Assembly: GCA_977020255.1 (NCBI GenBank)
Contig: CDROCS010000506.1
Location: 1,612,001 to 1,676,000, forward strand
DNA: 64,000 nucleotides
DNA from: Obrimoposthia wandeli
Taxonomy: Eukaryota
Direction: 5' to 3'
This document shows positions 46,600-58,337 of the stretch, in pieces. The notes below the pieces were generated by a model. It made no database searches. It was not told where the DNA came from and was given only the letters and a program-made list of their open reading frames with translations. A program made the translations under genes and the position numbers. Position 1 is the first letter of the stretch, and every line of letters starts with the position of its first letter.

Positions 46600-46631
46600 A
46601 TACTGTAGTTAATCTAAAGTTAAACTTTAAA

Positions 46632-47084
46632 TTAAGCTTCAGCTACGATTTCTAAGTTCACTGTAGCGAATACTTCGCTGTGTACTTGGATGCTAACTTC
46701 GAACTCACCAAGAGTACGTAGAGCGCCTTCAGGAAGACGAACTTCGCTTTTAGCAACTTCAACACCAGCAGCAACGATCGCATCAGCGATGTCACGAGTA
46801 CCAATAGAACCGAAAATCTTACCTTCGTCACCAGCTTTAGTTGCAATTACAACAGCTTCTAGAGCGTTGATTGTTGCAGCTTTAGCTTCAGCAGTTGCTT
46901 TAACAGCAGCTACAGATGCTTCTAGTTCAGCACGACGTGCTTCGAAAGATTCAACGTTAGATTTAGTTGCTAGAACAGCTTTACCTTTCGGTAAAAGGAA
47001 GTTACGAGCATAACCAGCTTTAACGTTAACAGTCTCGCCTAAGTTACCTAACTTAGCGATCTTGTCTAATAAAATTACTTGCAT
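46632..47084 (-). CDS. rplI: 50S ribosomal protein L9
   Basis: [37 protein letters not shown]. Confidence 0.98.
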   Translation of the reverse strand: MQVILLDKIAKLGNLGETVNVKAGYARNFLLPKGKAVLATKSNVESFEARRAELEASVAAVKATAEAKAATINALEAVVIATKAGDEGKIFGSIGTRDIADAIVAAGVEVAKSEVRLPEGALRTLGEFEVSIQVHSEVFATVNLEIVAEA

Positions 47085-47132
47085 TACCTTTCCTCAAATA
47101 TTTAGAGTTAGTCTTGACGACCAAACAAAAGC

Positions 47133-47372
<240 letters not shown>

Positions 47373-47440
47373 CTAAAATCTTCTCAACAAATTGGATAAC
47401 TAAATGCTATCCAATAAACAATACCTATAGCTAAACGCTA

Positions 47441-47815
47441 TTATTCAGCAGCAGCTGGTGCTTCAGTAGCAGCAGTTGGCGCTTCACGGCGTTCTTCTTT
47501 AGCTTTAGCCATTGGAGAAGCTTCAGTAACTACACCTTTAGTACGTAGGATCATGTTGCGGATCACTGCGTCGTTAAAGCGGAAGTTATTTTCTAGCTCA
47601 TCAATAACATCTTGGCCAGCTTCAATGTTCATAAGAACATAGTGAGCTTTATGAAGTTTGTTGATTGGGTATGCTAATTGGCGACGACCCCAGTCTTCTA
47701 GACGGTGGATAGTACCATTTGCTTCAGTCACAACTGCGCTGTAACGCTCAATCATGCCTGTAACTTGTTCACTCTGATCTGGGTGAACCATAAATACGAT
47801 TTCGTAATGACGCAT
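47441..47815 (-). CDS. rpsF: 30S ribosomal protein S6
   Basis: [30 protein letters not shown]. Confidence 0.98.
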   Translation of the reverse strand: MRHYEIVFMVHPDQSEQVTGMIERYSAVVTEANGTIHRLEDWGRRQLAYPINKLHKAHYVLMNIEAGQDVIDELENNFRFNDAVIRNMILRTKGVVTEASPMAKAKEERREAPTAATEAPAAAE

Positions 47816-47880
47816 CGTAAGCTCCTCACGGGTTTAATCAGCCTCGGCTCTGGCTTAGTCGGTCCATCGAGGCAAGGAAC
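47816..47880 (-). promoter_or_regulatory. rpsF leader (S6:S18 autoregulatory RNA element)
   Basis: Minus strand TTCCTT-GCCTCG...CGAGGC-TGATTAAACCCGT-GAGGAG-ATG: stem, CCG motif beside the SD, and a 5-prime anti-SD, as known for gammaproteobacterial rpsF leaders. Confidence 0.65.
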
Positions 47881-47976
47881 GTATAGAAAAATGACTAATT
47901 TCGAGACGGCGAATTATATAGAGTCACTCAGCATAATACAACCACGACTGGAAGATAATCGTAAATATCTACAAAA

Positions 47977-48432
47977 CTAACTTTCACGGCGGCGCATGCC
48001 AACGTGGGGAATTCCATCTTCCAAATATTCAGCCGTAACAGTCACAAATCCATAACCCTGATAATAATGCTGTAGATGTGCTTGTGCGGAAAGGTATAAG
48101 TCCTGTGCTGGCCATGCCAATTTGGCCGCCGTAATACCACGGTCTAATAATTGATGGCCAAGTCCTTGCCCACGCGCTGACGCAGCTGTAACCACTCGGC
48201 CAATCGCCACATCAGGGTAGCTCACGCCTGCCGCTAAGATACGCAGATAAGCAAGTAACTCGCCGCTTTCACTGTAATGTAATAAATGACGCGTCTCGGG
48301 ATGAAGATCTAAACCATCAATATCTTGATAAGGGCAATCTTGTTCGACTACAAAAATAGCCGCGCGTAATTGCAATACATCATAAAGCTGTAAACTCGAC
48401 AACTCACTAAACTGACAACACATCCAAGTCAT
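47977..48432 (-). CDS. elaA: ElaA-family GNAT acetyltransferase
   Basis: LYDVLQLRAAIFVVEQDCPYQDIDG, IGRVVT, RGQGLG, YLEDGIPH. Confidence 0.88.
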   Translation of the reverse strand: MTWMCCQFSELSSLQLYDVLQLRAAIFVVEQDCPYQDIDGLDLHPETRHLLHYSESGELLAYLRILAAGVSYPDVAIGRVVTAASARGQGLGHQLLDRGITAAKLAWPAQDLYLSAQAHLQHYYQGYGFVTVTAEYLEDGIPHVGMRRRES

Positions 48433-48621
48433 AACCCATCCCTAATACTAAAATTAAACATCGACTGGCATAATAACAATAATCTTCCCCTGTGGATCAA
48501 TACTTGGGTTGAATAATCTTGGATTAAACAAATAAGTGCGAGTAGATCTTGATTGTTACGCTAAGGATTGATTATCATCTAGGTCTGAACTCCTGTTTAC
48601 TAACTAATTTATAGAAGCCAT

Positions 48622-49188
48622 ATGCAACCAGAACCTTCATCATCTCGTCAATATGTGGAACTTGCTACGTTAGCACAACGTTTTCAAGCCGCCGTATTAG
48701 ATAAAATCGTTTTTCCGACGATCATGTTAGTGCCGTTTATTCTCGGTTTTGATTTATTAAATTTAAGTGCTGGGATCGATGAAAACTTCACGATTTCATT
48801 CGCTACTCAAGTCAAAGTATCGTTACTTGAAATACTGCTATTTATGGCATTAAACAGCTACCTGCTAAAAGAATACGGCCAGACCTTAGGTAAACGTATT
48901 GTTGGTATTGCCGTTGTCGGTGAGAATGGCCAGCGCCTCAGTTTGCAAGACATTATTCTTAAGCGTTACCTGCCATTTTGGGCTATCGCTTATCTGCCTA
49001 TTTTGGGCTTTGTTATTACAATCAGTAATTTCTTGGCTATTTTCAGAGGTGATCAACGCCGCTGTCTGCATGATGACTTAGCGAAAACATTAGTAGTTAA
49101 AATGCCAAAGGGCAGTAAAATTGCGAGTAATAACGTGCACATCAATAGCGACGGTAAAAGTGAAGCATCAGACGTTATGGATGCCTAA
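48622..49188 (+). CDS. RDD-family membrane protein
   Basis: QRFQAAVLD, GQTLGKRIVGIAVV, RCLHDDLAKT. Confidence 0.82.
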   Translation: MQPEPSSSRQYVELATLAQRFQAAVLDKIVFPTIMLVPFILGFDLLNLSAGIDENFTISFATQVKVSLLEILLFMALNSYLLKEYGQTLGKRIVGIAVVGENGQRLSLQDIILKRYLPFWAIAYLPILGFVITISNFLAIFRGDQRRCLHDDLAKTLVVKMPKGSKIASNNVHINSDGKSEASDVMDA

Positions 49189-49239
49189 TAACCGCTAACA
49201 CTTAATTGAATAAAACAGATTTACTAAAATAGAGTTAAT

Positions 49240-49270
49240 AAAAAAGCGTCCATCAATTGGACGCTTTTTT
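49240..49270. terminator. Bidirectional terminator
   Basis: AAAAAAGCGTCCA-TCAAT-TGGACGCTTTTTT. Confidence 0.8.
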
Positions 49271-49319
49271 TATATCAACTCATTGTTGTTCAATCGAGAG
49301 ACTAAACAACAAATTCGCT

Positions 49320-50072
49320 TTATTTAGCTTGGCGTTGACGCACAACTTCAAACAAACAAACGCCAGCTGCTACTGATACGTTCAAGCTTGAAATGCTACC
49401 AGCCATTGGGATGCTAACTAGCTCATCACAATGCTCACGCGTTAAACGACGCAGACCTTTTTCTTCCGCACCCATCGCAATTGCTAATGGACCCGCTAGT
49501 TTAGGCTGATATAAATCTTGTGTTGCTTCGCCCGCAGTACCAATGATCCAGATGCGACGGTCTTGTAGTTCACGCATGGTGCGTGCAAGGTTTGTCACTG
49601 CAATCAGTGGCACTGTTTCAGCTGCGCCACATGCTACTTTACGTACCACAGATGTCAGTTGTACTGATTTATCTTTTGGTACGATAACAGCGTGTACACC
49701 AGCCGCATCAGCACTACGTAGACAAGCGCCCAGGTTGTGCGGATCAGTAACACCATCAAGAATCAATAAGAATGGGTGTTCTTCTTTCTCTTCAATACGG
49801 TTAAGTAACGTATCAAGATCTGATTCGTTTAGCTTTTTACCTTCAATAACACGTGCTAATACACCGTTATGACGGCCACCGTCGCACTTTTTATCCAAAG
49901 TGTTACGATTAACTAATTGCACTGCAATACCGATATCATTTAATTCTGCGATTAACGGAGTTAGACGGTCATCTTCACGACCTTTCAGTGCATATACTTC
50001 AATGAAGCGCTCTGGTTCATGCTCCAATAATGATTTAACTGCATGAATACCGAAAATTAGTTCACTGCTCAT
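49320..50072 (-). CDS. rlmB: 23S rRNA (Gm2251) methyltransferase RlmB
   Basis: [28 protein letters not shown]; follows rnr. Confidence 0.96.
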   Translation of the reverse strand: MSSELIFGIHAVKSLLEHEPERFIEVYALKGREDDRLTPLIAELNDIGIAVQLVNRNTLDKKCDGGRHNGVLARVIEGKKLNESDLDTLLNRIEEKEEHPFLLILDGVTDPHNLGACLRSADAAGVHAVIVPKDKSVQLTSVVRKVACGAAETVPLIAVTNLARTMRELQDRRIWIIGTAGEATQDLYQPKLAGPLAIAMGAEEKGLRRLTREHCDELVSIPMAGSISSLNVSVAAGVCLFEVVRQRQAK

Positions 50073-50096
50073 TGTATCTCTCTACCTTATTGCTAT

Positions 50097-52631
50097 TTAT
50101 TTGCTGTCTTGTGCTTTTTTCTTTGAACGCTCAGCTCTACCAGGACGCGACTTAGCTACTATTTTTTTCTTAGCTGGTTTTTTCTTAGCTGGTTTAGCTT
50201 TGCCCTTCGGTTTAGCGTCATCAAACGGTGATGTGCCTTTTTCAACAGCATCGCCAGTTTGCGGCTTTAACTTCGCAGCAACGCGCGCTTTATCAGCAGC
50301 ACTCGCCACAACAGCGTCATCCGTTTTCAGCTTCAATTTAGTCTTTTTTACCGGCTTTGCTTTGGTGCCTTCAGTCTTACGTTTACCCGAGAATGCAGCA
50401 GGTTTACTTTTGCTACGACGGCTATGTGTTACTGCGCCCGCAATCTCAAGGTCAATTTTCTTGTCGTTCATGTTGATAGCTAATACTTTAACTTCAACTT
50501 GATCGCCAATACGATATTCAACGCCACTTTTCTCGCCACGTAATGTTTGGCGGCTGCCATCAAAGTTATAATAATCACCGCGTAAGCTAGATACATGTAC
50601 CAAGCCATCGATGTTTAAGTTTTTGATACGTACAAAGAAACCAAAGTTAGTTACCGCAGCGATAACACCATCAAAGGTATCACCTAGATGATCTTGCATG
50701 TATTCACACTTCAAGAAGTCTGATACATCACGTGTTGCATCATCGGCACGACGTTCTGTTAATGAGCAATGCTCACCTAACGTTTCAACATCCGTTACCT
50801 GGTAGCAATAACCACCCGTGCTAGTCCAGCGTTTAGTTAATGGCGTTCCCGCTTTAACTGCAGCTTGGTTAGCAATTTCAAACTTGATTGCACGATGCAA
50901 TACTAAGTCAGGGTAACGACGAATTGGCGACGTAAAGTGACCATAAGCGCTTAACGCTAAACCAAAGTGACCGTTATTTTCTGCTTGGTATACGGCTTGT
51001 TTCATAGAACGTAGCAACATCGTTTGGATAAGTTCTTTATCCGGGCGATCTTGAATACGGCTAATCAAATCAGCGTAATCAAGTGGAGTAGGTTTCAAAC
51101 CACCCTTTAACTCTAGGCCTGTTTCACTAAGGAAACTTCTGAAGTTAACTAACTTCTCTTCGCCTGGAGTATCATGCACACGTAATAACGCAGCCGCTTT
51201 ATGCTTGCTAACAAAACGTGCTGATGCAACGTTTGCTAAGATCATGCATTCTTCAATTAATTTATGCGCATCGTTACGTACAACAGGCACAATTTTATCG
51301 ATTTTACGGTGTTCATTAAAGACGAAACGCGTTTCCAATGTTTCAAATTCGATTGCACCACGTTCTGAACGTGCCACTTTCAATACTTTGTACATGTTAT
51401 GCAATTCGTGCAGATGTGGCACTACCGCTTGGTATTCATCACGCAGGTCTTTGTCGCCATCAAGGATGTTAGCAACTTTAGTATAAGTTAAACGCGCATG
51501 TGAATTCATCACTGCTTCATAGAACTTATAACCAGATAAACGACCAGCATCAGAAATCGTCATTTCACAAACCATACATAGACGATCTACGTGTGGGTTC
51601 AATGAACACAAACCATTTGATAATACTTCTGGCAGCATAGGTACAACTTGCTCAGGGAAGTAAACTGAGTTACCTCGACCTTGTGCTTCCAGATCTAAAT
51701 CTGAATTAGTTTGTACATATGAACTTACGTCAGCAATCGCTACCCATAAACGCCAGCCACCGCTTTTTTTACGTTCACAGAATACGGCGTCATCGAAATC
51801 ACGTGCATCTTCGCCATCAATCGTTAGCAAAGGTAAATCACGTAAATCAACACGATTCAGTTTCGCATCTTCAGGCACTTCTGGTGACAATTTTTTCATG
51901 TCATCAATAATATGCTCTGGCCATACGTGTGGAATATCATGGGTGCGGATCGCAACCTGAATTTCCATACCGGGTGCCATGTTCTCACCGAGTATTTCAA
52001 CGACTTTACCCAGTGCAGGCAAGTTATAAGTTGGGCGTTTTAAGACTTCAACCACAACCATTTGACCAGCGCGAGCGCCTAGGCGTTCTTCATCACTGAT
52101 GCGTATTTCTTGTTTAATGCGGCTATCATCTGGACGTACAAAGGCAACGCCTTTATCTAGATAAACACGACCAACAAGTTGCAAAGCTTCGCCATCAAGT
52201 ACACGTACAAAACGTGCTTCTTTACGGCCTTTAAATTCTTCTTTTACTGGCTGTGCCAGAATACGATCGCCATGGAATAACGTCGACATTTGACGGATAG
52301 AGATAAATAAATCTTTACCACCATCATCTGGACGGAAAAAACCAAAACCATCACGGTGACCTAATACTAGGCCTTCCAATAGATCTAAGTTTTCTGGTAA
52401 CTCATACGTTCTGTTACGAGCGAAAATCAACTGTCCATCACGCTCCATCGCACGTAAGCGACGACGTAAAGCTTCTTCGTGTTCATCACCTGCTAATTTT
52501 AATCCAGCAAATACTTGCTCACGATTAATCGCTTTATCAAGGCTACGAAGATAATCAAGAATAAATTCTCGACTAGGAATAGGATTGCTGTATTTTTCCT
52601 GCTCGCGCGTATGGAAAGGGTCTTTACTCAT
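50097..52631 (-). CDS. rnr: Ribonuclease R
   Basis: DPFHTREQEKYSNPIPSRE, TIDGEDARDFDDA, HFTSPIRRYPDL, S1 domain and Lys-rich tail. Confidence 0.98.
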   Translation of the reverse strand: MSKDPFHTREQEKYSNPIPSREFILDYLRSLDKAINREQVFAGLKLAGDEHEEALRRRLRAMERDGQLIFARNRTYELPENLDLLEGLVLGHRDGFGFFRPDDGGKDLFISIRQMSTLFHGDRILAQPVKEEFKGRKEARFVRVLDGEALQLVGRVYLDKGVAFVRPDDSRIKQEIRISDEERLGARAGQMVVVEVLKRPTYNLPALGKVVEILGENMAPGMEIQVAIRTHDIPHVWPEHIIDDMKKLSPEVPEDAKLNRVDLRDLPLLTIDGEDARDFDDAVFCERKKSGGWRLWVAIADVSSYVQTNSDLDLEAQGRGNSVYFPEQVVPMLPEVLSNGLCSLNPHVDRLCMVCEMTISDAGRLSGYKFYEAVMNSHARLTYTKVANILDGDKDLRDEYQAVVPHLHELHNMYKVLKVARSERGAIEFETLETRFVFNEHRKIDKIVPVVRNDAHKLIEECMILANVASARFVSKHKAAALLRVHDTPGEEKLVNFRSFLSETGLELKGGLKPTPLDYADLISRIQDRPDKELIQTMLLRSMKQAVYQAENNGHFGLALSAYGHFTSPIRRYPDLVLHRAIKFEIANQAAVKAGTPLTKRWTSTGGYCYQVTDVETLGEHCSLTERRADDATRDVSDFLKCEYMQDHLGDTFDGVIAAVTNFGFFVRIKNLNIDGLVHVSSLRGDYYNFDGSRQTLRGEKSGVEYRIGDQVEVKVLAINMNDKKIDLEIAGAVTHSRRSKSKPAAFSGKRKTEGTKAKPVKKTKLKLKTDDAVVASAADKARVAAKLKPQTGDAVEKGTSPFDDAKPKGKAKPAKKKPAKKKIVAKSRPGRAERSKKKAQDSK

Positions 52632-52811
52632 AGAAGGTCCAAATTGGTAGGAATATCGCTCGGATTATATACCCAAACTACGTTGGGATACAGTTTTGTA
52701 CCATAACTAAGTCGGTATACTGCAGGATTCTGTTAAATAGAGAGAGAATCGAATCAAAACTAACTCCAATTGACTATTTAGCTAGTTTTGATGGTATTAA
52801 GTAAGCATTGT

Positions 52812-53669
52812 TTATTGGTATTTGGCCGCATTCTTGGCTGCGATCACCACGCGTTTAGGCATTACACTTTCCAAGCGCGCTAACAACAAGGTTAATGTTT
52901 GATGTGTTTCCGCATCATCTGTAACGGTGCCATAGAGGTAGCTGTAAGCGGTTTGGTAATCATAAGGGCTGCCGTAACCTCGCACTAATAACTCTGCCCA
53001 TTGGATTTTTGCAGGCAGGAAACCAAGTTTTGCAGATTGCTCAAACAAGGGTAAAGCACGCTCAATATCTTGTTGCACAAATTTGCCCTGCACATAATAA
53101 CGCCCCAGTTGCTCTAACGCCCTAGGTTGACCTTGTCTTGCAGCCGCACGCATGAAATAAATACCTAACTCAGCATTTTTATCCACACATACACCCCAAG
53201 CAAGCATATCACCCCATAAAAATTGATAGCTTGGTAATTTCACTAATTCAGCACGTACTTTAATATCTGCAACTAACTGACATTGATCTGCTCGCACCCT
53301 TTGTAGATGGGTGTTTTTGCTAATTAATTGATTGAGTTCATCATCAGTATATAGCTCAACCGCACTGGGGAAATCACTGTATTTAATGTTACCAGCCTCT
53401 TCCGCAGCCACAGCCAGCTTACCACTGTCGGTAATACGTTGTTCTTTTTCACCGACTGGCTTACTTGCCGCTTTCTCACTGATAATGGCTTTACTTGAAA
53501 CGAGCGTGTCACCGCTGTTTTCCGCTGCCAGCACATGAATACCAGACACAGATACACTCGCGATTACCACGCAGAATACCGCTTTCACGTGGCGGTAAAT
53601 TGTTGTTAATTTCGTTATCGGTATTGTAAGCATATCAATGAACCTAAAGCGATGATGTGTGGTGACCAC
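52812..53669 (-). CDS. motX: Sodium-driven polar flagellar motor protein MotX (start probably downstream of 53669)
   Basis: LYTDDELNQLI...HLQRVRADQCQL, YQFLWGDMLAWGVCV, ALEQLGRYY, YGSPYDY; upstream of rnr as in Vibrio. Confidence 0.88.
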   Translation of the reverse strand: MVTTHHRFRFIDMLTIPITKLTTIYRHVKAVFCVVIASVSVSGIHVLAAENSGDTLVSSKAIISEKAASKPVGEKEQRITDSGKLAVAAEEAGNIKYSDFPSAVELYTDDELNQLISKNTHLQRVRADQCQLVADIKVRAELVKLPSYQFLWGDMLAWGVCVDKNAELGIYFMRAAARQGQPRALEQLGRYYVQGKFVQQDIERALPLFEQSAKLGFLPAKIQWAELLVRGYGSPYDYQTAYSYLYGTVTDDAETHQTLTLLLARLESVMPKRVVIAAKNAAKYQ

Positions 53670-53822
53670 TATAACTGTGATAGATAGTAATGGTGATCGA
53701 TAGTAACTTTAATAATAGATATATCGACCAAAATAACATTTTCTTAAATAAAAAAAACCCAAGTTGCGATAACTTGGGTTTCTATTTTAATCACCATTAA
53801 CCTAAGCGGTTAATAATAATGA

Positions 53823-54761
53823 TTAACCAGCAACGAATTCTTCACCTAACGTGATGTTCGCTTTTAGTTCTTCTAACATTGCATCGCGTGCGTTTGTTTC
53901 AAACTCGCTTAGCTCACCGTATGCTAGTACTTCTTCAACGCCGTTTTTACCAAGTAATACCGGTTGTGCGAAGAATGTTGCGTGCTCAGAGCCGCCGTCA
54001 ACATAAGTACACTCAACGATACCTTTTTCACCTTGTAAAGCGCGAACAAGAGATAGACCGAAACGTGCAGCTGCTTGACCCATAGAAAGTGTCGCAGAAC
54101 CGCCACCCGCTTTAGCTTCAACAACTTCAGTACCCGCATTTTGGATACGTGATGTTAGTGCTACAACTTCTTCAGCTGTAAATTCAACGCCTTTAACTTG
54201 AGAAAGTAGCGGAAGAATTGTTACGCCTGAGTGACCACCGATAACAGGTACTTCTACGTCAGCAAGTGAAATGCCTTTAAGCGCGCTAACAAAAGTCTCT
54301 GAACGGATAACATCCAGCGTAGTAATACCGAATAGTTTACGTTTGTCGTAAACACCAGCTTGCTTAAGTACTTCTGCAGCGATTGGCACAGTTGTATTTA
54401 CTGGGTTAGTAATAATACCGATGCATGCATTTGGACATACTTCAGCACATTTACCTGCTAGATTTTTGATGATGCCAGCATTGATATTGAATAGATCTGA
54501 ACGGTCCATACCTGGTTTACGAGCAACACCCGCAGAGATAAGAACCACGTCAGCACCAACAAGTGCATCCGTTGGATCCATACCAGCAAAACCAGCAATA
54601 GTAACGTCTGTAGGGATGTGGCTTAAATCAACAGCAACACCTGGCGTAACTGGCGCGATATCATATAGCGACAGATCAGAACCCGCAGGTAGTTGAGTTT
54701 TCAAAAGTAAGGCTAAAGCTTGACCGATACCGCCAGCAGCACCTAATACAGCGACTTTCAT
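53823..54761 (-). CDS. mdh: Malate dehydrogenase (start at ATG 54761, MKVAV)
   Basis: [39 protein letters not shown]; RBS GGAGA. Confidence 0.98.
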   Translation of the reverse strand: MKVAVLGAAGGIGQALALLLKTQLPAGSDLSLYDIAPVTPGVAVDLSHIPTDVTIAGFAGMDPTDALVGADVVLISAGVARKPGMDRSDLFNINAGIIKNLAGKCAEVCPNACIGIITNPVNTTVPIAAEVLKQAGVYDKRKLFGITTLDVIRSETFVSALKGISLADVEVPVIGGHSGVTILPLLSQVKGVEFTAEEVVALTSRIQNAGTEVVEAKAGGGSATLSMGQAAARFGLSLVRALQGEKGIVECTYVDGGSEHATFFAQPVLLGKNGVEEVLAYGELSEFETNARDAMLEELKANITLGEEFVAG

Positions 54762-55036
54762 AGACGTCTCCATTATCTTAATTGTTTATTGTTGAATACA
54801 ATATTCACAAATTCCTTTAATCACAGCTACCTTACTGCAACATTGATGAAAAAACAATTAACAACACGGTTATGAAGTGTAAATAAGTGAATTACATAGA
54901 GGTTTTAAAGCGTTAGCTTTCTATCTAGCAGGGATAAGCTTTCAGGTGAAATAACATGACGTAAGTTGACTATATTGACTCACCTATTGCGATGCTAACC
55001 AGCAACCACTAAATAAATGAGTCAACAACAAGACCA

Positions 55037-55702
55037 TTAAGACTGGAACGCGAGGGCTTTTTTCTCTAACTGTTTAAAGATTAATACCAAAATACCATTC
55101 ATACCCAAGTAGATAATACCTGCTGCAGAAAAGGCCATTAATGCATCATAAGTCTGACCATTAATTTGATTGGCATACCCCATCACATCCATGATGGTAA
55201 TTGAACTGGCTAATGAAGTCCCCTTCAATACCAAAATCACTTCATTAGAATAAGACGGTAATACACGACGTAAAGCATGTGGCACGATAACCGCTAGCGT
55301 TTGTCCACGAGTCATCCCCAATGCTTTACAGGCATCCCATTCACCACGCGGCACAGATTCAATCGCACCTTTAAATAACAACGATGAATAAGCGGCTGTA
55401 TTAAAGGCTAAGGCAATAATGGCGCAAATTTTTGCTTGGCTCAGGTAATCCCATAAAAAGCTATGTCTAATCACTTCAAACTGCGATGGACCGCTGTAAA
55501 CCAAAAATATTTGGATTAATAATGGCGTACCGGTAAAGATTAAAATAATAGTGCGAGCTAATAAATTTAATCCAGGGATCTTATTAACCATCGCTAGCGT
55601 TAAACCAACCGCAATAATAGAGCCAAACAATAAACTAAAAAAGGTGATTTCAAGCGTCGTGCTCAAGCCGTTAAATAATAACCAGAAGTGATCTAATGTC
55701 AT
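55037..55702 (-). CDS. artM: Arginine ABC transporter permease ArtM
   Basis: FTGTPLLIQIFL, LPSYSNEVILVLKGTSLAS. Confidence 0.9.
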   Translation of the reverse strand: MTLDHFWLLFNGLSTTLEITFFSLLFGSIIAVGLTLAMVNKIPGLNLLARTIILIFTGTPLLIQIFLVYSGPSQFEVIRHSFLWDYLSQAKICAIIALAFNTAAYSSLLFKGAIESVPRGEWDACKALGMTRGQTLAVIVPHALRRVLPSYSNEVILVLKGTSLASSITIMDVMGYANQINGQTYDALMAFSAAGIIYLGMNGILVLIFKQLEKKALAFQS

Positions 55703-56397
55703 TTTGCTACTCCGGCATCAAAACGATTAATGTAACTATCAAGGTGCTTTAACATCCATTGACTAATCAAGGTAATAATCAGGTAAATCGCCGCCGCCGC
55801 AACCAAAAAGGTAAACGGTTTATAGGTACTACCTGATAATAAATCCGCCTGCTTCATCAAATCAGTCACGCCGATTAACGACACTAACGCCGTATCTTTT
55901 AATAATACCATCCACTGATTGCCTAAACCCGGCAAGGCTAAACGCCATGCTTGTGGCAAGGTAATACGTAAGAAACAACGAACCGGTCCCATACCAAGTG
56001 CTTGTGCGCCTTGCTGCTGACCTTTTGGAACAGATTGAATTGCAGCGCGTAACGTTTGCGACGCATAAGAAGCAAAGATCAGTGACAATGCCACTACACC
56101 ACTCCAGAATGGACTGATGTCATAAAATTCATCGGTTAATAAAAACAGAATATGCGTGCCACCGAAAAACACAAAGAAGACAATCAAGATCTCAGGTAAG
56201 CCACGTAATATCGTAACAAATAGGCCAATCGGTTTAGCTATCAGTGGGTTCTTTTGCATTTCTGCAACACAGAATAAAATAGCGAGAACCAAGCCAACCA
56301 ACAAAGATGTTAGCGCTAGGCCAAGGGTGATTTTTGTTGCATCCAATAATAATTGAAGCTGCAAAAGATCCATAAGAACTCCGGAACGTAAAAACAA
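55699..56397 (-). CDS. artQ: Arginine ABC transporter permease ArtQ (start likely 56373)
   Basis: RGLPEIL, FASYASQTLR, LPGLGNQWMVLLKDTALVSLIG. Confidence 0.9.
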   Translation of the reverse strand: MFLRSGVLMDLLQLQLLLDATKITLGLALTSLLVGLVLAILFCVAEMQKNPLIAKPIGLFVTILRGLPEILIVFFVFFGGTHILFLLTDEFYDISPFWSGVVALSLIFASYASQTLRAAIQSVPKGQQQGAQALGMGPVRCFLRITLPQAWRLALPGLGNQWMVLLKDTALVSLIGVTDLMKQADLLSGSTYKPFTFLVAAAAIYLIITLISQWMLKHLDSYINRFDAGVAK

Positions 56398-56509
56398 AAA
56401 GTGCCCCTAAAAGGCACTTTAAAATGAATTATCTCGTGACCACAATAACTTGGCTATTATGCCTTGATATTGCAATGCAACTCAGGCCGAGATTAAACAC
56501 TGTTATATC

Positions 56510-57253
56510 TTATTTAGCAAAGTATTTTGCGTAAATCTTATCGTAAGTACCATTGGCTTTAATTGTTTGCAAACCTTTGTTCAGTTTAGCTAATAATTCA
56601 GCATTATCTTTACGTACTGCGATAGCAAAACCAGCACCAAAGTATTGTGCATCTGTAACGGCTTTACCGACTGTTTCGTAGTTACCATCACTGTGCTTGC
56701 TCAACCAATCGTGTGCAACTGCAGAATCTGCGAATACACCGTTGATACGACCATTTTTAAGGTCTAAAAATGCTTTTTGGTATGATGGGAAGTTAAGTAA
56801 TAATACTTTTTCTTTCGCATATGTGTCAGTCATATAAGCTTGGTGAGATGTACCATTTTGTACACCTACTGCTTTACCTGATAAATCTGCAACAACATTG
56901 TATTTGCCTTTTTCAGCAACAAGAACCGCTGAATTTTCATAATAGATATCAGAAAAATCAACTTGCTTTTGACGTGCTGGCGTTACATCCATTGCTGCAA
57001 TTGCGGCATCATAACGGCGGAACTTCAGGCTTGGGATCAAACTATCAAATGATTGATTAGCAAAACTACATTCAGCTTTTAATTCAGTACAAACTGCGCG
57101 AGCGATATCAATGTCGAAACCTTGAAATTCATTGTTTGCATCCATCATTTCAAATGGAGGGTATGTCGCTTCAGTAACGAATTTAATTTGTTCAGCTGCA
57201 GTTACTTGCGCCGCTGCTGACGTTAGAATTAATGCTGTTAGTAGTTTTTTCAT
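56510..57253 (-). CDS. artI: Arginine ABC transporter periplasmic binding protein (ArtI/ArtJ)
   Basis: Signal peptide, TEATYPPFE, FDSLIPSLKFRRYDA, VGVQNGT. Confidence 0.85.
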   Translation of the reverse strand: MKKLLTALILTSAAAQVTAAEQIKFVTEATYPPFEMMDANNEFQGFDIDIARAVCTELKAECSFANQSFDSLIPSLKFRRYDAAIAAMDVTPARQKQVDFSDIYYENSAVLVAEKGKYNVVADLSGKAVGVQNGTSHQAYMTDTYAKEKVLLLNFPSYQKAFLDLKNGRINGVFADSAVAHDWLSKHSDGNYETVGKAVTDAQYFGAGFAIAVRKDNAELLAKLNKGLQTIKANGTYDKIYAKYFAK

Positions 57254-57286
57254 TTGGTACGACCTTATTCCTAATGTTTAAATAAT

Positions 57287-58027
57287 CTAATGTTTTAAAT
57301 AGTTTGTAAATTGCGACGTTTGTGGATTTTGAAAGTGCTCAGCACCACCAAATTCAACAATCTCACCGCTTTCAAGATAACAAACCTGACTAGCTACTTT
57401 ACGCGCGAAGTCCACTTCGTGCGTTACAACAACTTGGGTAATACCGGTAATAGCCAGTGATTTAATGATTTCAGCTACTTGATTGGTGACCTCTGGATCT
57501 AACGCCGCAGTAGGTTCATCAAATAACAGTACTTCTGGTTTCATCATTAAAGCACGTGCAATCGCCACACGTTGCTGTTGACCACCAGATAAGGCTAATG
57601 GAAATACATCGGCTTTATCGGTTAATTGTAATTGCTCAAGGATCTTCATGGCCTCTTCACGAGCATGTTGTTTTGTTTGCTTTAAAATCTTAACTGGTGC
57701 TTCAATTAAGTTATCCATCACAGACATATGTGGCCATAGGTTGTATTGTTGAAATACCATCCCTACTTTCTGTCTTAACATCTGACTACGTTTGATTAAT
57801 TTCTTGTCACTTAACTTAGCTGAAAAATCAAATGTTTCACCAGCAATCGTAATTTCACCATTATCTGGTGTATCCAATAAATTAAGGACACGTAGTAAAG
57901 AACTCTTACCAGCACCACTTGGACCAAGCAGTACTAAGGTCTCGCCTTTCGCACATTTAAGGTCGATGTTTTGTAACACATCAAGTTGACCCCAAGATTT
58001 ACAGATGTTTTTTAGTTCGATGCTCAT
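57287..58027 (-). CDS. artP: Arginine ABC transporter ATPase ArtP (start at ATG 58027, MSIEL)
   Basis: [39 protein letters not shown]. Confidence 0.92.
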   Translation of the reverse strand: MSIELKNICKSWGQLDVLQNIDLKCAKGETLVLLGPSGAGKSSLLRVLNLLDTPDNGEITIAGETFDFSAKLSDKKLIKRSQMLRQKVGMVFQQYNLWPHMSVMDNLIEAPVKILKQTKQHAREEAMKILEQLQLTDKADVFPLALSGGQQQRVAIARALMMKPEVLLFDEPTAALDPEVTNQVAEIIKSLAITGITQVVVTHEVDFARKVASQVCYLESGEIVEFGGAEHFQNPQTSQFTNYLKH

Positions 58028-58034
58028 AATGATA

Positions 58035-58193
58035 ACTGAATATAATTGCACTAGATGCGATTATAATAACCGAATAAACTTCAAAATCAACATATATATT
58101 CACTTTAATTCGGTTTTTATGCAAAAATACCGAATTAGCCAAATAAGCTAGATAAAATATACCCTGCTGGTATCATATGCATAATTATTCAGT
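58035..58193. promoter_or_regulatory. ARG boxes in the artP/argR divergent promoter
   Basis: ACTGAATATAATTGCACT (58035-58052), TATGCATAATTATTCAGT (58176-58193), and a weaker tandem pair with 3-bp spacer at 58087-58125; consensus WNTGMAT-W4-ATKCANW. Confidence 0.75.
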
Positions 58194-58337
58194 TCATCGC
58201 GACTCAAGTTAATTTACTATTCACATGAATGATTTAGTCACTGACTTTATAATCATTTATAAAGTTAACTGTGAGTCCATTATAAGATCACATTGAATTT
58301 AGCATTCGTAACTTGAATTATAGATGAATCAACTGAC

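Noticed and set aside
54790-54810. ARG box upstream of mdh (TGAATACAATATTCA)
   Set aside because: Half-sites are 5 bp apart rather than 4, so it does not fit the 18-bp consensus.
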